Both the position numbers and the translations under genes were made by a program. This document shows positions 51,701-64,000 of a stretch of DNA of 64,000 nucleotides, piece by piece (the first letter of the stretch is position 1; each line of letters starts with the position of its first letter). The stretch is from Hemiscyllium ocellatum (lineage: Eukaryota). The stretch lies in assembly GCF_020745735.1 (NCBI RefSeq), contig NC_083410.1:41824117-41888116 (forward strand). The letters run 5' to 3'. Under the pieces are notes generated by a model. It saw only the letters and a list, made by a program, of their open reading frames with translations. It searched no databases and was not told where the DNA came from.

Positions 51701-54469
51701 GACTACCACATCTTTTGGGTTCGTTCTGCTACTGAGGTTGTGATTGTAGGAGTCTAGAATATTAGCTAAAAGATTTAATTCAGTGACGTGACTGTGGCAA
51801 GCTGTTGTTTGACAGCTATCCCAATTTTAGTCAAGGTCCACCTTACCATATCCTGGGATACTCCAGTGGTTTATAGTCTCTTATTCTTATTAAATTTGAT
51901 ATCTTGGATACAAATTAAGAGGTTTTGTTTGACCTTGTTAGAAGATGTTGTTGGTGTCACCCACATTGCTGTGGAGCTTGAGTTACAAATTGAGCGGGCC
52001 AGATTGTCATTATTGATAAGTGTTTTGTTTCTGATTTATTTGTTTGACTTGCCATGGCCTGAAGACATGAAGAGAATTCCCATAGGGAACTGTTCTGTTC
52101 CATATTTCCATACTTAACATTCATTTATATATAAAAAGAGACAACCTTGCTGGATTCATAAAATGGCTGAGGTTGATCACATGGTCTTGATTCCAGAAGC
52201 TTCTGGATTCCCTACTTTGTATAGACGTTTTAGCTAAAACCAACACAACATGCTCTGGGATGAGCCTTTTGCCTCCAGCCAGCTCAGGACCAGAGTAAAC
52301 CTCAAAACCCTTTGTGTTAAATGATTTTGCAATGCTTCACATCATGCACACTGTTAGCTTAGTGACCTTCCAATTCACCCCTGAGATGGCCATTCAGCAC
52401 CTGAAATGTCTGTCTATGTCACATGATTGAAATCTGAGCTTGTTAAATCATTTTAAGCATATTATTCTGAGATTCAAAGTCAGTTGCTGTTTTGACCTCT
52501 GGAGGAGGATTAGGACTCCAGGCTGAGTTGTCAGCCTGCCTCAGATCTTCCATTTGTTTCCAAGTTGCTGGCTGGAATGAAGCCTTCGTTTTGCCTAAAA
52601 TAAGGAAAAACTACTGGGTCCAGCTCACTGAGGAAAATATGTTTGAACACTGACCATTGGGAATTTTTTATTCATGTGAGGTTTTTTTCTTTTCAATATG
52701 GATTTGCCAAAACTTGTAATTTATTACCTATCTCCTCTTCTTTCTTAATGTCTTGAGTGCTTGTATGCTTGGATGATGTAGTGAGTTAATTTCACTGTCT
52801 TAAAGAACATTCTAAAAAGGCTACTTCTTCCCTCCAGCTTTGCACTTTTTACCCCACCTCCACGTACCCCATCCCATCCCACTCCTTTCTCTGTTTATTG
52901 TGACAGAAAGACAAAAATGATTGGCATTTAGAGAATGTGTGTCAGGAAGTTCAGAAGCAGAGAACAGTGAAGTCTCTGAAGTTATCAGCAGTGAATCAGG
53001 TGTAAGATTCCATATATACTTTCATCACTGGAAGAAAGATACAGAAAAATGCAGAAAGCAACCCTTTTCATGATGTGCCTGGGAATGAATTGAAATTAGA
53101 ATTGTTTTCCCCTGTTAAGGCCAAGGCACTGACATATTGTAGATAGGCTGGAAAGTGTTGTTAAAATTTTGTCGATAAACCTTATTTTTGATTTAATAGC
53201 ACATAAAGTTAGGGTGTTGTTCTGATTTTGTTTTGAAAATGAAATCCAAACACTGGCATTTGGTTGGATTGGTTCTTGCTGATCTAAAAGTTTTTTTTTG
53301 CTCAATCTTCCTTCTGAATACTTTAACTGGTTTGGAAGAGGCACAGGGTGACTGTTTCACTTGGGAAAGATCTCTGACTTATCCAATTCCAAATCACAAC
53401 ATGCAGCATCTGCTGAAGGAAAGATAAACTGATTTTCCTCATATTTAAGGTGGTTTACTGTAGAAAACAGTGTTTTCTGGCTGCTACAGGACTTCTGGTT
53501 TCTCTTCTCTGATTAGCTTTTCTCTGCGTTGCTCAGAGCCCAAGCCTTTCAGCTAACTGACAGCCAGTCACCTTGTGGCATTCATTGGACCTTTATCATT
53601 GATAATTGTCCCTTGTCCTCATCAGATGGTTTCATTTGTAAACAGCCCCTTGGCTCCAACGTAGCTGCACACTGCTGAAACCCACAGCTACACGCTTGTT
53701 GTTCACAGCTGGTATCATTGCATATTCTCAAAGCATGCAGCCATTCCTTGGAAATTCCTGGGCTTCAAAACAGTTGTTTCTCATTTTTAGTCCAATGTTT
53801 TCAAAAAGCGCAAGAATAAAAGGCATGATCTTTACAAGGTTATGGGTATACTTAACCCTAATTTGTTAACTTTAGTTGCACTCTCCAGCAGGGTTTACTA
53901 GTGAGTGGGAGTGCTAACTATTTTTCTTTTAAATTTTTTCATTGTTGCTTATGAATGCTACAACAACTTTTAATGATCATTGTTAGTATCAGCTTATTCC
54001 ACATTAATTATGCTACAGGACCAACTTTACATGTTGGAGAGTGTAAATGCATTGATTTGAACTAGATGTGATACAGATGATTAGCCATCGTTAATGGAAT
54101 AAGTGGCTGAGAGAAATGTCATGACCTCCATTCCTGCTTGCTTTACCATTTTGTACATTTTGGGAATTAAGAAATATTCAGCAGAAACTGAATGATTCAC
54201 TTGACCATTCAACTAGTAAGACTCAAACTGCTCTCTAGTATCTTGGGGATTATTATACTTATCATTCTATATATTCCACTATCTCAGCTGATTGCTGAAA
54301 AGTGGTGTTTTTAATGTCCAAGTGTGTGTGTACAAATCGGTGAAAATGGCAATTTCACCAATATTCCTTGACATTGTTTGATGACATGTTTATGTTTGAA
54401 TTACCAAACTGCAAAGCAAGTGTACTTACGCCATTGACTGAAGCCTTTTTAGTCGTTTTCTATTTTGAT

Positions 54470-56352
54470 TAGAGTCATCGAGATGTACAGCACGGAAACA
54501 GACACTTCGGTCCAACCCTTCCATGCCGACCAGATATCCCAACCCAATCTAGTCCTACCTGCCAATACCCAGCCCATATCCCTCCAAACCCTTCCTATTC
54601 ACATAATCATCCAGATGCCTTTTAAAAGTTGCAATTGTATGAGCCCCTGCCACTTCCTCTGGAAGCTCATTCCACACACACACACACACACACCGCCCTC
54701 TGCATGAAAAAGTTGCCCCCTGACGTCTCATTTATATCTTTCCCCTCCCACCCTCTATGCCATCTAGTTCTAGACTCCCCCACCCCAGGGAAAATACCAT
54801 GTCTAATTATCCTATCTACGCCCCTCATGATTTTATAAACCTCTACAAGGTCACCCCTCAGCCTCCGACGCTCCAGGGAAAACAGCCCCAGTCTATTCAA
54901 CTTCTCCCTATAGCTCAAATCCTTCAACCCTGCCAACATCCTTGTAAATCTTTCCTGAACCCTTTCAAGTTTCACAACATCCTTCTGATAGGAAGGAGAC
55001 CAGAACTGCACGCAGTGTCCCAACTGTGGCATAACCAATGTTCTATATAACCATAACATGACCTTCTAACTTCTGTACTCAGTACTCTGACCAGTAAAGG
55101 AAAGCATACCAAACGCCGCCATCACTATCCTATCTGCGACTCCACTTTCAAGGAGCTATGAATCCTGCACTGCAAGGTCTCTTTGTTCAGCAACACTCCC
55201 TACCATTAAGTGTATAAGTCCTGCTAAGATCTGCTTTCCCAAAATGCAGCACCTCATATTTATCTGAATTAAACTCCATCTGCCACTTCTCAGCCCACTG
55301 GCCTATCTGATCAAGATCCTGGTGTAATCTGAGGAAACCTTCTTCGCTGTCTACCACACTTCCAATTTTGGTGTCATCTGCAAATTACTGACTATATCTC
55401 TTATGCTCACATTCATATCAGTTATATAAATGGCGAAAAGCAGTGGACCCACCAATCCTGGTGGCATTCTACTGGTCACAGGCCCCCAGTCCGAAAAACA
55501 ATCCTCCACCATTACCCTCTGTCTTCTACTTTTGAGCCAGCTCTGTATCCAAATGGCTAGTTCTCCCTGTATTCCATGAGATCTAACCTTGCTAACCAAT
55601 CTCCCATGGGGAACCTGGTTGAACGCCTTACTGAAGTCCATTTGGATCACGTCGACTGCTCTGCCCTCATCAATCTTCTTTGTTACTTCATCAAAAAACT
55701 CAATCAAGTTTGTGAGACATGATTTCCAACGCTCAAAGCCATGCTGACTATCCCTAATCAGTCCTTGCCTTTCCAAATACATGTACATCCTTCTAACAAC
55801 TTGCCACCAACAAGGTCTGGCTCACTGGTCTATAGTTCCCTGGCTTGTCCTCACCACTTTCTCTAAATAATGGTACAATGTTAGCCAACCTCCAGTCTTC
55901 CGATACCTCACCTGTGACTATCAATGATACAAATATCAGCAAGAGGCCCAGCAATCACTTCCGTGGCTTCCCACAGAGTTCTAGGGTGCACCTAATCAGG
56001 TCCTGGGGATTTATCCACATTTGTGTTTCAAGACATTCAGCACTGCCTGCTCTGTAATCTAGATATTTTTTTCAAGATGTCACCATCTATTTCCCTACAT
56101 TATATATCTTCCATGTCCTTTTCACTGATGCAAAATACTCGTTTAACAACTCCCGCATCTCCGGATGCAAAGACCCTTTGCTGATCTTTGAGGGGTCCTA
56201 TCCTCTTCCTAATTACCCTTTTGCCCTTAAAGTATTTGTAAAAGCCCTTTGCATTTGCCTTAACTCTATTTGCCAAAGCTATCTAATGTCCCATTTTTGC
56301 CCTCCTGATTTCCATTTTAAGTATACTCCTGTTGCCTTTGTACTCTTCTAAA
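54470..56352 (-). mobile_element. Decayed CR1 LINE in EPRS1 intron 1
   Basis: SQHGF...SCLTNLIEFF...MDFSKAF and QFWSP...LERVQ with frameshifts; contains a (CA)n run at about 54674-54693. Confidence 0.9.
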
Positions 56353-58659
56353 GATTTCTGTCTCCCTTTCTTTTAATTTCCCCGGCCCTTCCTGTCCCTC
56401 CTTCTTGACGTTTGTCTCTTTCTCTCCATCTGTCTTTACCTTGTCATCTCCTTCTGTCTCTGCCTCCCATTGTAATCTTTGCCTGTTTTCCTCTGGTTTG
56501 TCTCTGATGTCCAGCCCTACTTCTTCTACTACTTATCTTGCTGTGGCAATTAGTCTCGCCCGCTGTCTGTTTCCCACTTTCGGTAGACCTCACTATCGCT
56601 ACTCTGACCCTCTAAATCTCTGTCTCTCTCTGTCTTTGTCTCCCTTCTCCCTTCTCCCTTCTCCCAATGTAGGTGAAAGTGAGGACTGCAAATGTTGGAG
56701 ATCAGAGTCAAGATTAGTCGTGCTGGAAAACCACAGCAGGTCAGGCAGCATCTAAGGTGCAGGAATACAGAGTTCAAAAAAATATTTAGTCCCAGCCTCC
56801 CTCCAAGTGAGAATGACTGAAAACCGATGATGTTATAGCAACTTCTGCACATGTTCAATTTAAAGAAATAAGATGATTCTGGAAAAGGAAGCTCAATTGA
56901 ATATCCTGGCTATAACATTACTAAAAAGTTAGGCTCTGGCTGATTTGTTACAGGATGAAGGCTAAATTTAAACTAAGTGTTGATTTGGTATTAAAAAAAA
57001 CTCTGGAAATCTATGCAATTAGGACTGTCGTGCTTAATGAAGATGAGGTATTTCGAGGTGTCCATTGTCTATATTAAACCCAGGCTGTACTGGTGAAAGT
57101 AACTTGAGGGTTGCATGCAATGAGTGTGAAAAGTGAGAGGTCCCATGTATGAGTTAAGGACTTTTAAACAGTGTGCACTACCATATTTGTGTGGAAGGTG
57201 GTGTTGAGAGTTGGGACACCAATCTTTGTATGTAATATTTAAGGAGGATTTAATTGTTCTATTGCATACTTAATTTTTTATTACTTTTGGGTGCAACAGC
57301 TGTAGTAAAAGTTTTAAAAAGTGAAATCTTATGTTTTTCTTATCTATATGTTTCACATTGCCTTTGTTTTCAGGTTATTGTTACAATCCCTGTTGAGAAC
57401 AATGTACTGGTGTATTTTAAATAACATTTACCTTGTGCCTTTCCATAAACTATTTCGTTATTATTTACTTAACTGAATACCTGTTAACATTGAGTTCATG
57501 AAGGACTGTGAAAAATTTCAGATTGGATTTGTTTTTTAAAATTGAAATTATTTACTTGATTCTGTAGTTTTGAAACCATCCTCTGGGTCCACGATCATCA
57601 AAAACTGCCATCAGCTTCTCCTTCTGTAATTGATAAATGGGTCACTCCTATCTCTGCCTCTCAGTACATAATATTTATATTTTACTATAGTTTTGGAATA
57701 ATACTGTATTGTTGTATAAGGACATTTACAAATGTCTGATCCGATTTTAAATCTTCCAACCCGTTACTTTTCAACTGATACAAATTTTTCTTAAAGTAGT
57801 AAGAAGCCATCAATGTTGATTGGGGGAGCAGCCAGTCTGAGCTGCTCTGATTAGTGGGATTGCTGCAGTACAGACATGATGCACACTGACCTTGAGGTAT
57901 TGATACTGAAAGATCATATTTAGCTCTGATCCTTGACCTGTTCAGTGAAAGATTTTGAGGTGGCCTTGCTTTCTGACAAATATGCAGTACTGTGTAATAT
58001 CAGAGGATTGGATATTTCATCATGTGTCTAATCTGAAAAACAGCAATTCCAGCAGTCAGTACAGCTAAACCGGATGCTAAAATAATCATGGCGTCTTCGT
58101 TTTTACTTTTGGTACTTAGATTTCTTCAAATATTGTTTGATGTTCAATTTAATGTCTAATTTTTCTATTACTGTGGCTTTGACGTCCTTCTTTTCTCCTC
58201 CCTAATTGAGATGCCAGGTTGACTGATCTAAGCCTATTAAAATTGTACAAGTTTGTGCTCTTGGCACTTTTTTTGATGTGCTAAACTTGATCGATCCTAT
58301 TTCAAAACTACTTATTCCTGTACCTTAGCAGCAAAGTCTCTCATTAATCATTTAAAAAAAAATTCAGATATTGGAAATCTGAAGCAAAGACAGTTCTTAA
58401 GAAGAGTCACTAGACCCAAAATGCTAACTCTGCTTTCTGTCCACAGATGCTGCCAGACCTGCTGAGTTCTCCAGTTTCTGTTTTTGTGTCTCGTTATTCA
58501 TGTTATCTTGAAACACTAATATAGCTGCATTTGAAATTTTGAGTCTCTTAATGATATTAAAATCAATCAATTCCTAGGCAATCAAAAATCCATTTGGATA
58601 AATACTGATTAAAATGTGGCTGGAGATAGGATTTGTCACTACATTTACTTCTAGGAAAG

Positions 58660-60721
58660 AAATAGGAGCCTCAATTCCAATTATCCTAAAATCGGATTAT
58701 CCGAACAGGATCTGAAGTCTTGTGAAACCGTTGCAACAAAGTGTGTTACTGACAATGGTGCTACCATCGCATCTTTTGTTAATAGTACAGGGTAAATGAG
58801 GGTTACTTGCACTGAAGAAGATCTGCAAATGTTGCCTCAAGGAGGTGCTAATGACACTGGTGCAACAATCTCAGTCAATTATAGCAGTGTTAAAATAATT
58901 TTAACCAACAATGGTGCAACAATCGTGTCTTTAGTTTAACTGAGGAATACCTGCACTGAAGATGATGTGCAAGCATTGCAGCAAAGAGGTGTTATTGATA
59001 TTGGTGCATCAATCTTAGTCAATTGTCGCAGTGTTGAAAGAAATTTAACACACAAAAATGACTAACATGCTGAAGGATTTAAAATGCATGAAAAATCAAG
59101 CTGTACTTTTGTGGTTTTCACAGCAGAGTATAAAGGGAATTCCTGTGTCTGGCCTGATGATACTAGAGAAAGCTGCCAGTTTCCATGAATGACTCCACAC
59201 CGGTGAGTCTGACCTGGCATATCATTGGGCTGGTTACAGCATTCAAACATCATCATGGCATTAGGCAACTTGGCGTTTTTGGAGAGCAGAAGTCTATGGA
59301 TGACAGCACTGTGGAAGGCTACACACAGAAACTGCTTTCCATCATTCATGGAGGAATCTACGAACTTGAGCAATAAGACACTGCTGATGAAAGTGGATTG
59401 CTTTGGCATGCACTGCTGGATGAAACACTTGCATCCACCACAGAAAAGCAGGTGTTGGGACATAAAGTGCAGAAGGTTTGCATCACGATTTTCCATTGTG
59501 TCAATGCCACCGGCACTCATAAATTACCGCTTGTCTACATTGGATGATGTGCTAATCCACGTTGCTTCAAGAACTAGTTTCCTGTGAAGTACAAAGCATA
59601 AAATAAGGCATAGATGTCATATCCACGTTTTTCATTTGGTTCCATGAAGGTTTTGTACCTGCTGTCAATCACGTTTGGCAAGCACTAGACTTAAGCAATG
59701 AACCTTTTGTTTGTTGACAACGCGGGGGCGCACAATGTGAAGGGCAGCCAGTTAGAATCAACAGATGGATCCATCAAGTGTTAGTTTTTACCACTCAACA
59801 CCACTTCAAGGTTACAGCCGCGTGACCAGGGAATCATTTGCAATTATGAAAAAAATTATAAACGTAACATGTTGCATGCCATCCTGGATGAAGACCATGC
59901 AGAGAAAGGACTGCAGAAAATGATGAAAGCATTCACAGTCCAGGATGCTGTGTACATGTTTGTTGAATCTTGGGACCACATCAAGCCATCGACAACTGTG
60001 GAGTGTTTGTACAATGATTTGCGTGTTGGGAGCTGTGCCAGTGAAGAGAACACCCGTTCAGTACAAAGGCTAACCACGGACATCACTGAAAACTGCAGTC
60101 AGTTGGGTTTAGGAGATTTTTGTAGAGACTGAGATCAATGCTTGGGTAAACTGTGACAATGATGTCGGAACCGAGACACTCCGTGATGATCAGATAGTTA
60201 ATGTAAGTCCTGGAAGAACAGTAAGGACAGTGTGGACGGTGTAGATGGTAAGGAAAATCTGATACCAACACCACCTCCAGTCCCCATTAACGAAGCTGTT
60301 GACAGTTTGTGACTTTTCATGGAGTGTTATGAAACACAAGACGAAGTCGACGCCATTAAGTTGATGCATCTTCACCAAATGTTATCATTCACAAGAAAAA
60401 AGAGACAGCTGCACCTCAACAGCTGCTGGATATTTTCTTCGAAATTAATAACTAACCTCCATCTCAGTGAATTCTATTTACTGTACAGATAGACAAAAAT
60501 TGATCTGGTTTGTAAAATGTCATGGATTTTTAAGTCATATCCTGTGTTTGTACAAATAATAATAGCAATTGAATGAAATAAAAAGTCTGTAAACATGCTT
60601 TTTAATGCAGTTGTGTGCATTGTGGCTTCCTTTGTTTAAGGTCAACTCAATTAACTGAATACTCAATTATCCGAATGAAAACCTGCCTGCCCATCGACTT
60701 TGGATAATCGAGGTTCCTCTG
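58660..60721 (+). mobile_element. Decayed pogo/Tigger DNA transposon (pseudogenised DDE transposase)
   Basis: Frame-shifted motifs GWL..FKH.HGI, DESGL, CVNATGTHKLPL, VDNAGAH, FLPLNTTSRLQPRDQGII; right TIR GGATAATCGAGGTTCCTCTG; degenerate left TIR. Confidence 0.88.
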
Positions 60722-61078
60722 TTTGTGCAAAATTTGTGAAGAAACATTTCACATTAAGGGAGAGGAGTGTTTCTGGCAGCAAATAAAGATTTATCTCTTT
60801 CAGCAGCAGTTACTTCTACTGTTCAAAATACACTATTGCAAACCAGATGAATTGTATGTTGTTGTGCAGAATTAGTATTTAAGTTTCTGTAGTTTCCTTT
60901 GTGTAATCATTAGACATTTCCATTGATGTTTATTTAAAACAAAATCACTGTCTTAATGAACTAAGTTTGGTATTATTTATGGACAAGATTTCCTGATCCT
61001 AATGTTGAACTTTAATTCTCATGTGAAACTGGATGCTTAATATAAAGCTAAGAATTAGAATTTTTGTTATTCTTGTAG

Positions 61079-61163
61079 GTGTATTACTAACTGTGGAACA
61101 TGTGAAAAACTCTGTCAATGTGTTGGTTGAAGAGGGTAAAGAGAATGTGCTGCAGATTTCTGA
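61079..61163 (+). CDS. EPRS1: EPRS1 coding exon 2 (gene continues right of the window)
   Basis: GVLLTVEHVKNSVNVLVEEGKENVLQIS resembles human [27 protein letters not shown]; phase matches exon 1; donor GTAAGT. Confidence 0.92.
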
Positions 61164-63140
61164 GTAAGTATTCTCAGTTGCTTCTGTTGCTCTTATTTTA
61201 ACTGAGCGAGCCTGGCTCTTTAAATATGGGTTAGTCATCACTTCAGAGTGATAGTCAATATTTAATTCTTCTGGAAATTATGGATTACTGCCTACAAAAT
61301 TTCAACATTTGAAACATTCGTAACCACAGACTCTGATATGTTTAACTCTTCTATACCCTGTGAAATAGCCTGGGAACCCTCTGCTTTCAACAATGCAACT
61401 CCCTGCTATCTTCATGAAGGCCATTAGGAATGGGTAATAAAACTGACCTTGCTGGCCACAGCCACATTCCTATCAAAAATCAGATGACAGCTTTAAATCA
61501 TCATGCTGTCTACATTCTTGCTGTTTTTGCCTTTGTGCTTACCAAAGCTTGTACAAAAGACTGCTCAAAATCTGTGTCCATGTCTGTGCTTGGGCCATAG
61601 TTCCAATTTTGTTTTTAGTATTCCCTGCTTCTGCGATGCATCTTGAGATGTGAGCTGTTCTAAATGCTGATGATTGCAACGTTGAGGGACTAATCATTAT
61701 GTTGATTATCATTATCGTTTTTTGGAATCTAGAATTACTGACTTGGTAATATTATCATCCAGGACTTTAATGAGCCAGTTGACAACCAAAAGCTTTATGG
61801 TCACTTTGTTTTTCTTTTTATTGATGGAACCATTTTAGCTCCAAACTTTTTAACTGGAAATAGAATTCTCAAATCACTGTTGTGGAGTTGAAATTTGTGC
61901 TTCCTGATTTGTTATTCCAGGAATATAACTACTACATTAGTTCACCTTTTAATTTTACTGTAAAGTTGATGACAAGACTACCACAAATGGAATCATGGGA
62001 CGTAGCATTGGAGATGTGCTGGCCAATGGGCATATAGGAATTATGAATTCCATTATGATGGAAAGTGCATGGGATAATTGGCCATTTAAGATGGAAGATG
62101 CTGTGGTTTAATCCATCAGGTCAAATTGGTGCAAAAGTGAGACACAAACCAAATTGAAAAGGGGAAACTTTCATTTCCAAATGAATTGATAGAACATGTA
62201 TCAGTGTAAGTGAGGTAATGGTCTTGAGTTTTGTAGCTGGAAGAAATGAACAGTGAGGACTTCATGTTCATTGTTAAGAATTGAGTGCTCAAACGAGTGT
62301 TTGAGTGCTGTAGCTGTAAGGGAGCAGGTTTAGATGACAATCTTGAGATCAGATTCATATGATGACCCATAATAGTTTGGCAGAAAATATCATGATTGTG
62401 TCTTTTATCAACAATGTCTCATGGAGCAAAAGAATAAATAGACCGTGTATTGGTCAGATCCTGTATTTCAGTGGATGTGTTCAGGTGAGGTTATTGGTTT
62501 GGGATCACCCTTTTTTTAGAAGATTCCAAAAGTAGATGCGTGAAAGGCAGTGGAGGAGCATCGAACAACGCTAGGTACACCAATAGGGTAAAGCTTTGAT
62601 CTATAATTATAAATTGAGATAAGCTGTGAACGGCTAAGAATTCAAGCCAAAGCTTGAGAATGTATAGTAATTGAAAAGTTAAAAGTTGCCTACTGTACTG
62701 AATTCTAAATCTGAACTGAATGTCTGAAACTGTACTTTGATCTTAACTCCACAACATCTTTCATGAGGAATTGTAGAGAAACTACTGCCAATTTAGTCCT
62801 AACATAGCTTTCTTTCCCTATTATAATCAATAGAGCTATACATTAAAAAATCGATCTTAAAGTTAAAACAAGCAATTCTTTCCATATTCTCAATTTCTTC
62901 TCTTCTGCTAGAGTGTCCCCTAACATCTGTTTGGCCCACATTCTCTTTATATTGCTTCCTGTCCTTGCTGATCATGCATTTCACCTGACTGATTTGTTGT
63001 TCTGTGACAAGATTAGATTAGATTACTTACAGGCCCTTCAGCCCAACAAGTCCACAACGACCCTTCGAAGAGCAACCTACCCAGACCCATTCCCCTACGT
63101 TTACCCCTTCACTTAACACTACGGGCAATTTAGCTTGGCC

Positions 63141-64000
63141 TAGCACTGTTGTGGTTCTGTTCGCCAAGCTGGGAATTTGTGTTGCAGATGTTTTGTCCCC
63201 TGTCTAGGTGACATCCTCAGTGCTTGGGAGCCTCCTGTGAAGCGCTTCTGTGATCTTTCCTCCGCCATTTGTAGTGGTTTGAATCTCCCGCTTCTGGTTG
63301 TCAGTTCCAGCTGTCCATTGCAGTGGTCGGTATATTGGGTCCAGGTCGATGTGCTTATTGATTTGAATCTGTGGATGAGTGCCATGCCTCTAGGAATTCT
63401 CTGGCTGTTCTCTGTTTGGCTTGTCCTATAATAGTAGTGTTGTCTCAGTCGAATTCATGTTGCTTGTTATCTGCGTGTGTGGCTACTAAGGATAGCTGGT
63501 CGTGTCGTTTCGTGGCTAGTTGGTGTTCATGGATGCGGATCATTAGCTGTCTTCCTGTTTGTCCTATGTAGTGTTTTGTGCAGTCCTTGCATGGGATTTT
63601 GTACACTACATTGGTTTTGCTCATGCTGGGTAATAGAGAACAGCCAGGGAATTCCTAGAGGCATGGCACTCATCCACAGATTCAATCAACAAACACATCG
63701 ACCTGGACCCAATATACCGACCACTGCAACAGACAGCTGGAACTGACAACCGGAAGCGGCAGATTCAAACCACTACAAATTAGATTACTTACAGTGTGGA
63801 AACAGGCCCTTCGGCCCAACAAGTCCACACCGACCCACCGAAGCGCAACCCACCCATACCCCTACATTTACCCCTTCCCTAACACTACAGGCAATTTAGC
63901 ATGGCCAATTCACCTGACCCGCACATCTTTGGACTGTGGGAGGAAAGATCACAGAAGCGCTTCACAGGAGGCTCCCAAGCACCTGAGGATGTCACCTAGA
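63141..64000 (-). mobile_element. Penelope-like element with an inverted pLTR arrangement (runs off the window)
   Basis: The - strand encodes NVVYKIPCKDCTKHYIGQTGR...EH (GIY-YIG); about 63200-63412 is repeated inverted at 63638-64000. Confidence 0.88.
63781..63946 (-). mobile_element. 5'-truncated V-SINE nested in the Penelope-like arm (another fragment at 63011-63140)
   Basis: tagattacttacagtgtggaaacaggcccttcggcccaac...ggactgtgggaggaaa. Confidence 0.85.

Noticed and set aside
52897-53835. Possible fourth solo LTR (TG...CA)
   Set aside because: No matching TSD and no homology to the other three copies.
59062-60378. Domesticated TIGD/JRK-like gene
   Set aside because: Multiple stops and frameshifts with TIRs retained; it is a transposon fossil.

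Overview
Eukaryotic (vertebrate) genomic DNA, most likely from a cartilaginous fish. That assignment rests on V-SINE/HE1-type SINEs, abundant CR1 LINEs and Penelope-like elements, and is an inference. The window holds a three-gene housekeeping block in the same order I recall from human 1q41. IARS2 (mitochondrial Ile-tRNA synthetase) is on the - strand: exons 1-11 are present and the rest lies left of the window. BPNT1 (3'(2'),5'-bisphosphate nucleotidase) is on the + strand, head-to-head with IARS2, with a complete 8-exon, 309-aa CDS. EPRS1 (Glu-Pro-tRNA synthetase) is on the + strand with exons 1-2 only. All exons were rebuilt by hand and their splice phases are consistent. Introns are full of nested mobile DNA: a CR1 LINE with an uninterrupted 967-codon ORF2, three solo LTRs of one family with 4-bp TSDs, a decayed pogo/Tigger transposon plus a related MITE, Rex1 and Tx1 fragments, V-SINEs and many Penelope-like remnants. 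Most notable: (i) about 10 minimal hammerhead-ribozyme relics carried by fold-back Penelope-derived elements; (ii) a 17-unit G4-forming minisatellite starting about 14 nt into IARS2 intron 1, with a cryptic 5' splice site in each unit and no stops in any sense frame; (iii) an exact ATF4 CARE/AARE in EPRS1 intron 1; (iv) a GC-AG intron in IARS2. No CRISPR, rRNA or true tRNA genes were found.
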